Shown one piece after another: positions 47,501 through 53,778 of a stretch of DNA of 64,000 nucleotides (positions within the stretch are counted from its first letter, which is position 1; each line of letters begins with the position of its first letter). The stretch covers positions 1,428 to 65,427 of the forward strand of contig JBGVRA010000062.1 of assembly GCA_045127955.1 (NCBI GenBank). The letters are read 5' to 3'. This stretch comes from Anaeroplasmataceae bacterium. Lineage in GTDB: Bacteria > Bacillota_I > Bacilli_A > Acholeplasmatales > Anaeroplasmataceae. The notes beneath the pieces were generated by a model. That model did no database searches, was not told where the DNA came from, and saw only the letters and a program-made list of their open reading frames with translations. Both the position numbers and the translations under genes were made by a program.

Positions 47501-50225
47501 AAATGAAGATAATAAAGCTAGTGTTGTATCAACATCAAATATAGCTATATCAGACTCATTTAAAGAACAAATAACAATTTATTATACATATGATAATAAA
47601 AAATTAACTAAAGAGGTTACAGTAATTAATTATTTGGATAATACTGATACTATTTTTAAAACAATAACACATATAAAAAATTATTATTATAATTTAGCTT
47701 TTGATATAATTAAAACAGTAAGTTATGTTGAAGGTGAAGAATTAATAAATGGTAAAATGGTTGAAGAAGTAGTTTATGATAATAAAGGAAATATTATTCA
47801 ATCATTTAGTTATAATACATTAGATCCAACTAATAAATTCTATAAAGAAAGTGAATATAATGAATTAGGACAAGTAATTAAAGAATTAGACCAATTAGGT
47901 ATTCATAAGAAATTATATGAATATTTTAATAATACGAATATTATTAAAAATATGGTATTACCAAACGGAAGTATAATATCATATGGATGTGATATTGACG
48001 ATACTATTACATCCATCACAGCATCAACAACAGAAGGTGAAGAAAACTGTAATAACCAAGTATTAAGATGTGGTGAAGTAGTTGAGGTAAATAGTGGAAA
48101 TAACAACATTAAGTATAAGCTAGATCATAAGCGAAGAATTATCAGTGTAGATGTTAATGGTGTAGTTGATTATGTGGTTAATACATATGAAGAAACAACA
48201 TCAAATGGAGTTATTACAGAAACTAAGGTGACATCTTCATATAAAGATGGAACAACAGTTATTAAAAGATATGATGGATTAGGGAAACTAATAGATTCAA
48301 CAGAACATGGAAATTTACATTTATCTTTTGATGAAAAAGGAAGAGTAACAAATATAAGTGATGCAAGTTTATATCAATCAACAACATTAACATATGATGA
48401 ATTTGATAATATTGAAGTTTATGAATTAAAAGATATGAATGGTCTTCCTATAATCCAGGAAACTAATACATATGATGGATATGGCAATTTATCCACAAGT
48501 ACATATAGAGGCTATGTAAATCATGTCTATAGTATGATGTATAGTGAAGATTCAGTAAAAAGATTAAGAAGAATTGGATTTAGTAAAAGCTATAATAATT
48601 ATTCTTTTGAAGCATTAGTAGATAAATTAGGAAGAAATATAGGAAAAAGAATATATGATGATTTAGATGTTGTTTTAGAAGAAAAAATATCATATTTAAA
48701 ACAAGGAGATCATACAACTAACATTGTCCAATCTATTACATTTGTTAGAACAAATGATAATATAAGATATGCCTTTGATAATATGGGAAATATTACAAAG
48801 GTATATGAAAATAAAGAACTAGCAGTAAGATATTTATATGATAATCTAAATAGATTAATAAGAGAAGATAATAAGGTATTAAATAAAACAATACTAATAG
48901 CATATGATTCAAATGGAAATATAATAAATAAAAGAAAAACAGGATTTACATTAAAAGATAATATATTAGTAGAAGAATTAGAAACAAGTGATGTAGCTTA
49001 TATTTATAATGGAGATAAATTATTATCATATGGTAATCAATCTATTACATACGATGTATTAGGAAGACCTACAAGCTTTATGGGTAAAACTATAACATGG
49101 GTAAAGGTAAATCAAATCACTAAAATAGATAATTTAGAATTTAAGTATGATAGTTTAGGAAGAAGAGTTAAAAAAGGAAATATTGATTTTATCTATGATA
49201 GTAACAATAGACTAATCAAACAAGGTGATTTAGAATTTATTTATGATCATACAGGATTAGCAGGAATAATAAATGGAATCACCGGATATTTCTATAGAAA
49301 AAATGCCCAAGGTGATATTATAGCATTAGTTGACAGAAGTGGAAATGTTGTAGTAAAATATGTATATGATGCATGGGGTAATCATAAGATATTTGATAAT
49401 GATGGTAATGAAATTACTTCATCAACACATATTGGTGTTATTAATCCATTTAGATATAGAGGATATTATTATGATGAGGAAACTCAGCTTTATTGGGTAT
49501 CCTCACGTTACTATTCGCCTGAATTATGCAGATGGATTTCACCGGATTCAATCGAATATTTAGATCCTGAAAGTATCAATGGATTAAACTTATACTGCTA
49601 CTGCATGAATAATCCGATTATGTACTACGATCCTAGTGGACATTCGCCAGAATGGTGGCAATGGGCATTATTTGGAGTCGGAGCTGCTTTGGTTGTAGTA
49701 GCTGCTGGAATGGCTATTCTAGGAACTGGTGGTATCGCAGCTTTTGGTTTAGGAGCTTTAATAGGTTCTTTAGGTTTAGGAGCAGGAGGAGCTGTAGTCG
49801 GTGGAGCCATTGGTTATGCCGTTGATGGTGTTGATGGTATATTAGGTGGAGCGTTAGCGGGATTTGGCATTGGAGCTATCGTAGGATTTGTAGTTGGTGG
49901 AACAATAGGTTATTATAATTCGCTTGTCAAGGTAGATATAAGAAAATTTACAGAATATGTATTAGAACCATCAAATAGTAAAGGAAAAGATGTCATATTT
50001 AAAAATTTAGGTTATGATAAAACAAACGCAAAATCATTAGTGCGACTATATAAAAGACAAGGTGTAAAAAACCTAGTTTTTAAAAGTTACAAACTTGGTA
50101 AGTTGGATATACACGGTCAAAGAATCAACATGGCAATAAGAATTGGAAATAAAGTCTTGAATAGTGCGTGGATACAGGTAGGAAAAGGTATCAGATTAGT
50201 TTCACCATTTGTTGGATTTTTATAG
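44526..50225 (+). CDS. RHS/YD-repeat polymorphic toxin (1,899 aa)
   Basis: Dozens of YD repeats (e.g. 'YDGLGKLIDS', 'YDVLGRPTSF', 'YDSLGRRVKK'). RHS-associated core 'VKYVYDAWGN...FRYRGYYYDEETQLYWVSSRYYSPELCRWISPDS...NNPIMYYDPSGH'. Variable C-terminal tip. No signal peptide. Confidence 0.95.
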   Translation: MGIIKLNKKKEEQIVYEKENLPVKKEKKKYDNKKVVCEVEEKKNEYVSTYLLNDGTYEQIITSEASNYYDEEEKKYKSIDNELFLDGDVYKNKEGKYRFEILKPEKGNNVKISKKDISISWEYLGKKNSRNELVLNQKLDIKNNNKKNSKVRYENIEVDSDIEYVLSGNNIKENIIVKEKSSQYEYSFMLDIKDMVLKLSSDKTKIEIYKGEEKEFEIPAPYMYDSTGEVSDEVYYEVEPTSDGKYVFSVIAEASWINDNKRVLPVTIDPQIEVESNKIISWKTEKRVVNIVGGKEEYGVWEEVTQPMLRVYKGGGLEYRSIITINKALINGYVGEFCNARLNIKADRVYIGSMLVNGKNVDVKTINLSIDVISDDYEKAIDKLDIILTSNCSENIYFDVNNNPPTFTINYIENEHINHVKKTFNLANIATSELDLVTGDLVTSIPTVLSDLTLGVPIYHVYKKGVDDYNLGCNFKLNLHEKLIKNEGLYYTYIDSNGYKHIVREFNYYNDINDNKVYISDKENIEVSIDGSLKYNSNGIYYNVYREYKSITGLELITKLSDYKNIEFVEQRTEEIKTLEEQIKAYEKVLKEYSIYKIKQRNNEYVIDENWYSTIVNLEAYLNSADKIKEFLEVLSVSYDYYLLSKNEFETYYSLEVQNEGLWLQDELLTIEYNNNSNVVEKEYSLAKKNNNSGQLLIVINQQQKILNQSLENVQIIKDYYKEYSLLKDKLNQLYLTTPENYLTNGKILKGFNRDGDLIVIYDMYENYVVIEYESYLLNDNTYQKRIGRVYDNYNRCVILNYSNDSHMLLSITDTKGRKTSFGYIDGYLNNITYDTGEYIVLSYYDDNITSVIEDKRCFKTTISYIYGRPVSFKNESYIKTISKNVLTKEFMEISKMSLSYSPIDMYPVKGVTITNNLNKETYIFDNTGFNTEYRLYENNKVVKALRYEYIPYWKGGVAQNNPRSVVTSTTKDSLYKSSFIFTTGDVVTTTLNEDNKASVVSTSNIAISDSFKEQITIYYTYDNKKLTKEVTVINYLDNTDTIFKTITHIKNYYYNLAFDIIKTVSYVEGEELINGKMVEEVVYDNKGNIIQSFSYNTLDPTNKFYKESEYNELGQVIKELDQLGIHKKLYEYFNNTNIIKNMVLPNGSIISYGCDIDDTITSITASTTEGEENCNNQVLRCGEVVEVNSGNNNIKYKLDHKRRIISVDVNGVVDYVVNTYEETTSNGVITETKVTSSYKDGTTVIKRYDGLGKLIDSTEHGNLHLSFDEKGRVTNISDASLYQSTTLTYDEFDNIEVYELKDMNGLPIIQETNTYDGYGNLSTSTYRGYVNHVYSMMYSEDSVKRLRRIGFSKSYNNYSFEALVDKLGRNIGKRIYDDLDVVLEEKISYLKQGDHTTNIVQSITFVRTNDNIRYAFDNMGNITKVYENKELAVRYLYDNLNRLIREDNKVLNKTILIAYDSNGNIINKRKTGFTLKDNILVEELETSDVAYIYNGDKLLSYGNQSITYDVLGRPTSFMGKTITWVKVNQITKIDNLEFKYDSLGRRVKKGNIDFIYDSNNRLIKQGDLEFIYDHTGLAGIINGITGYFYRKNAQGDIIALVDRSGNVVVKYVYDAWGNHKIFDNDGNEITSSTHIGVINPFRYRGYYYDEETQLYWVSSRYYSPELCRWISPDSIEYLDPESINGLNLYCYCMNNPIMYYDPSGHSPEWWQWALFGVGAALVVVAAGMAILGTGGIAAFGLGALIGSLGLGAGGAVVGGAIGYAVDGVDGILGGALAGFGIGAIVGFVVGGTIGYYNSLVKVDIRKFTEYVLEPSNSKGKDVIFKNLGYDKTNAKSLVRLYKRQGVKNLVFKSYKLGKLDIHGQRINMAIRIGNKVLNSAWIQVGKGIRLVSPFVGFL
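49479..49568 (+). repeat. 90-bp RHS-core homology block, copy 1 (in the main gene)
   Basis: 84/90 identical to 50632-50721. The first 39 nt are identical. Confidence 0.9.
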
Positions 50226-50240
50226 GAGTGATAGTGTTAT

Positions 50241-50438
50241 ATGGGAAAAATAGAATTATATCAAACAGTAAAACTTATAACTAATGAGTATGAGGATAGT
50301 GGGTTAAAAAAAGGATCAATAGGGACAATTTTAGAAATCTATGATGAAAAAACCTTTGAAATTGAATGGTACGATTTATTAGGTAATGTAATTTATATGT
50401 GTGCTTTTAATATTAATGATTTTGAAGTTATTAGTTAA
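50241..50438 (+). CDS. DUF4926-like small protein, candidate cognate immunity protein
   Basis: 65 aa: 'LYQTVKLITNEYEDSGLKKGSIGTILEIYDEKTFEIEWYDLLGN' (SH3-like). AGGAGTG RBS. Starts 15 nt after the RHS stop. Confidence 0.6.
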   Translation: MGKIELYQTVKLITNEYEDSGLKKGSIGTILEIYDEKTFEIEWYDLLGNVIYMCAFNINDFEVIS

Positions 50439-50508
50439 ATTTAAAGTTAAATAAATGTAGAAATTTAGGAGAATGTAATAAATTATTATTTAAATTAGTA
50501 AGAACATA

Positions 50509-50538
50509 AGGAGAATATTATTTTATAATATTTCTCCA
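50509..50538 (+). terminator. hairpin (weak terminator) after the immunity gene
   Basis: GGAGAATATT ... AATATTTCTCC with one bulge. Confidence 0.35.
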
Positions 50539-50589
50539 AGTACTTAATTATGCAAATTGGATACCAATTTCATTACTAACACATTATAA

Positions 50590-51378
50590 TTAAGATATGG
50601 TTATTATGAGGATACTCGTAATAGCCCTGTCGAAACTCAGCTTTATTGGGTATCCTCACGTTACTATTCGTCTGAATTATGTCGTTGGATTTCACCAGAT
50701 TCAATCGAATATCTAGATCCTCAAAATATTAATGGTTTAAACTTATATGCGTACTGTGGCAATGATCCAATTAACAAATACGATCCTACAGGACACTTTG
50801 GAATCGGATTAACATTACTAATTGCTACTGGCGTTGGTTTAGCTTTTGGTTTTGGTATAGAAGTTGTAAAACAAGCATCTGATGGTGGTAAATTTTGGGA
50901 TTTAAGCACATGGAACTGGAATTTAAGTACGTGGAATTGGTGGGAAATTGGTAAGGCGTCGCTGATAGGAGCAGCAACAGGTTTTGCATATGGTTTAGGC
51001 GGTGTGGCCGGAGGCATTGTAAAAGGATCATTCAAGGCACTAACTATTGCCGGCAAAGCTTTAACGGTTTCACAATCTGTTGGATTGCTATTAGGAACCG
51101 CAGCAGCCACTAATTTCGTTGCTGGAGTTGCTGGATATGCGATGCATACTGCTGGTTCTGAAACTGAAAGTTTTAATATTTTAAAAGGGATTTCAGAAGG
51201 AATTGGTCAAACTGGTAAAGGAGTATTATCATTCTTTACTGCTGGAATGTATGTTGGTTCTGGAGTATGGAAAGTTGGAGTTGGTGCAAAAAATACTTTT
51301 TCATCAATTTTAGGAAGAGCCGCCAGTAAATTTATAGTTAATTACGTACCAAACTATATGTTTGAAAATTTATTCTAA
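50590..51378 (+). CDS. orphan RHS C-terminal cassette (core end plus alternative glycine-rich membrane toxin tip), no start codon
   Basis: The frame is open from 50590. 'YGYYEDTRNSPVETQLYWVSSRYYSSELCRWISPDSIEYLDPQNINGLNLYAYCGNDPINKYDPTGH', then about 193 aa of Gly-rich hydrophobic sequence. The track shows only its 3' part (51004-51378). Confidence 0.8.
   Translation, partial: LRYGYYEDTRNSPVETQLYWVSSRYYSSELCRWISPDSIEYLDPQNINGLNLYAYCGNDPINKYDPTGHFGIGLTLLIATGVGLAFGFGIEVVKQASDGGKFWDLSTWNWNLSTWNWWEIGKASLIGAATGFAYGLGGVAGGIVKGSFKALTIAGKALTVSQSVGLLLGTAAATNFVAGVAGYAMHTAGSETESFNILKGISEGIGQTGKGVLSFFTAGMYVGSGVWKVGVGAKNTFSSILGRAASKFIVNYVPNYMFENLF
50632..50721 (+). repeat. 90-bp RHS-core homology block, copy 2 (in the orphan cassette)
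   Basis: 84/90 identical to 49479-49568. Confidence 0.9.
50902..50943 (+). repeat. 21-nt tandem duplication inside the orphan toxin (LSTWNWN / LSTWNWW)
   Basis: 'ttaagcacatggaactggaat' and 'ttaagtacgtggaattggtgg' are adjacent and in frame. Confidence 0.85.
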
Positions 51379-51393
51379 TAAAGGAGAATCTTG

Positions 51394-51855
51394 ATGGTTA
51401 AAATTAAATTGAAATTATTTGAATCTATAGTCGGTGCTATATTATTGCCAAATATAGGATTGTTTTTTACAACGTTATTATTAATCATCTCATTAATAGT
51501 TAAACAAGAACCGATTGTATATAAAGGAATTCTAATTTCATATATAGTTTGCTTATCTTTGATGATTTTTACTTTAGTTAGCTGTTTTTTAGTAAATAAA
51601 AAAAGCATAAAAGAATTTGTTTTAAAAGATAGTGAAATTGAATTTCTTAATCATACTTATCTAACAGATCAAGTAAGTTCTTGTGAATATTATGTATGTA
51701 AATGGTATGCATTGCCGATAGCACTAATCTATAAACAACAAGCGGCGGGATTAATTACCTTTAAATTCAATTCTGGTGAAAAAATTCAATTTAAAATATT
51801 CTATAAAGATTATCTAAAATTAAAAAATAAATTTAAAAATATTATTGTAAAATAG
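51394..51855 (+). CDS. membrane protein (2 TM plus C-terminal beta-rich domain), candidate immunity protein for the orphan toxin
   Basis: AGGAG 7 nt upstream of ATG 51394. Starts 16 nt after the orphan cassette stop. Confidence 0.6.
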   Translation: MVKIKLKLFESIVGAILLPNIGLFFTTLLLIISLIVKQEPIVYKGILISYIVCLSLMIFTLVSCFLVNKKSIKEFVLKDSEIEFLNHTYLTDQVSSCEYYVCKWYALPIALIYKQQAAGLITFKFNSGEKIQFKIFYKDYLKLKNKFKNIIVK

Positions 51856-51879
51856 CAAATTACTTTCACAAGCAAAACT

Positions 51880-51915
51880 GGGTAAGTTTACTCTATGGGT
51901 AGGCTTACCTTTTAT
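51880..51915 (+). terminator. rho-independent terminator
   Basis: GGGTAAG ... CTTACC followed by TTTTATTT. Confidence 0.55.
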
Positions 51916-52455
51916 TTAATCTATATTAATAGATTATTTGATAGAAAAATGTTATATTAAAGTATAAATTTATGAAAGGCATATGAACAAGAAAAAAGAA
52001 TTTAATGTTTTAAGAATTTTATATATTTGTTGGTCTATCATCATTGTTGCAAATGTTATCTCATTTAGCATTTCAAAGGAAACTAAAACACTGTATTAGA
52101 AGGTTAAAAGACATTTATATTACAAAATAATAATTTAATAGAAGTAATACCTAATTTTACACAAGAATCTCAAAGAAGAAATATAATAAAATACATTGGT
52201 TCAAAGAAAATATAGCAGGAAAAGAATTAATTTTAGAATTATCATATGATTTTTTTTTGATTACTCTTATTTTACTATTAACATAAATGTATTTAATTCT
52301 ATTTAGGAGGGAATTTAAATGAAGAAATTGATACTTATTTTGAAAATGAATTTGTAGAAGAGTTTTTTTCTATTGATAATTTAATTGAATATGATAAAGA
52401 TATAGTTAAATTAATTGAAAGTGATAAATATATTTGTGCATATTTAAGTAATGAA

Positions 52456-52839
52456 GTGAAAGATGTTTTAGATAATATTACGACAAAAGAGTCTAATTAT
52501 TTATCGATGGGTATTGATAATTATTTAGAAAAGTATGAATATGCAACTCATAATAATTTTATAGATAGAGATAAATATTTATTAGCTTGGTATGAGTTTA
52601 ATAATGAAGGTGATATAGTTGATGAATTAAATGGCTATTTTTTAGTTTGTGTTGGGAAAACTTTTAATTTAAATAATAAAATTGTATGTGTAGATATTAA
52701 TTCTTCAGTATATAAAGAGATTAGTGATAGTGATTATTTATATTTAGGTGATATAATTAATTGTGATGCTGTTTTATTATATTCATTAATGAATAATTTA
52801 TTTAAGTTTAAAACTATTGATAATGAAATTTATATTTGA
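52456..52839 (+). CDS. acidic hypothetical protein (upstream half of a TGA-interrupted frame)
   Basis: The frame is open from 52297 without a start codon. GTG 52456 lacks an RBS, and the RBS-linked ATG 52319 is out of frame. Confidence 0.35.
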   Translation: MKDVLDNITTKESNYLSMGIDNYLEKYEYATHNNFIDRDKYLLAWYEFNNEGDIVDELNGYFLVCVGKTFNLNNKIVCVDINSSVYKEISDSDYLYLGDIINCDAVLLYSLMNNLFKFKTIDNEIYI

Positions 52840-53010
52840 TTAGATGAAGAAATTAGACCTTGTGAATGTAAGGTAATTGATGATGAAAATTATTACAAAT
52901 TAAATGATATTTATGATATTAAATCTAGAGAATATAAAACTATTGAATTATCTAATAAATTAATAGTTGAATTAGATGAATTTCTTTATTCTTCTTTAGG
53001 TGAATACTCA

Positions 53011-53676
53011 TTGCCTCCAACATCTTTTGAAATAAAAATTAATAGAGTAAAAAATGGTGAAGATTTAATGTATGTTAAGTATGATAATGATAATTATTAT
53101 TATGCTTGTGCATATTATAATTCTTCTCATACAGAAGAATATCGTTATTGTTGTAAAGATAAATATGTTTGGGTTGGATATGAAAGTGAAGAAGATATTC
53201 AAAAATATTATAAAGGTAATGAATTAGTGGTTTCTTTCCAAATTAATAAAGCTTTAGATAAGGTTGATTTATTAACTGGTAAAAATATAGATTTTAATGT
53301 AGAACATTATCAAATTTATCAAGTAGAATTTAATGAAGATAATTATAATATATCTTCAAAGATTGAATTTAATGATTATTTCATTATGATAACTGATTTA
53401 TCTGATGATGCATATTATTCTAAAGATATTTTCTATCATATTTTAGTTAATTTTGATTGTGTTGAATTAGATGGTAAAATATATATTATGTCATGGCTTG
53501 GTTTTAAAGATGGTGATGGTTATACCCAAAGCTTACAGGATGAATTTGGGAAGTATTATGATGTGTTACTAGAGTTTATGCTAGATGATATATATAGTTA
53601 TACTAATAAAAGTGGAATTGTAGAGTACTATGGTTTATTTGAAGTAGAAGATATTGTTAATTTAATAAACGGATAA
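53011..53676 (+). CDS. acidic hypothetical protein (downstream half of the same frame)
   Basis: Same frame as 52456-52839 and open from 52840. TTG 53011 has AGGTGA 7 nt upstream. Confidence 0.45.
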   Translation: MPPTSFEIKINRVKNGEDLMYVKYDNDNYYYACAYYNSSHTEEYRYCCKDKYVWVGYESEEDIQKYYKGNELVVSFQINKALDKVDLLTGKNIDFNVEHYQIYQVEFNEDNYNISSKIEFNDYFIMITDLSDDAYYSKDIFYHILVNFDCVELDGKIYIMSWLGFKDGDGYTQSLQDEFGKYYDVLLEFMLDDIYSYTNKSGIVEYYGLFEVEDIVNLING

Positions 53677-53778
53677 AGTTTTAGGATATTCAGTCGAATA
53701 TCCTTTTCTTTGTGTTAATTTTTCCTTTTTATTTTCGTTAAAAAGGTATATACTTAATAATATAGTGAGGTGAGGGAT

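Noticed and set aside
44526-50225. T7SS (LXG/WXG100) or T6SS (PAAR/VgrG) delivery of the RHS toxin.
   Set aside because: There is no LXG-like helical N-domain or PAAR motif recognisable by eye, and no EssC/EsaA/WXG100 or Hcp/VgrG genes in the window. This cannot be excluded genome-wide, which is why it is listed as a refutation test rather than settled.
51983-52099. A 38-aa ORF (MNKKKEFNVLRILYICWSIIIVANVISFSISKETKTLY) as a small membrane peptide.
   Set aside because: It has no convincing RBS and sits in a 440-bp stretch that looks like eroded sequence. It cannot be supported from sequence alone.
52837-52839. Selenocysteine or programmed read-through at the in-frame TGA.
   Set aside because: I can see no SECIS-like hairpin immediately downstream, the window has no selenoprotein context, and the same frame also lacks a start codon. 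Pseudogenisation, or two separate genes, is simpler.
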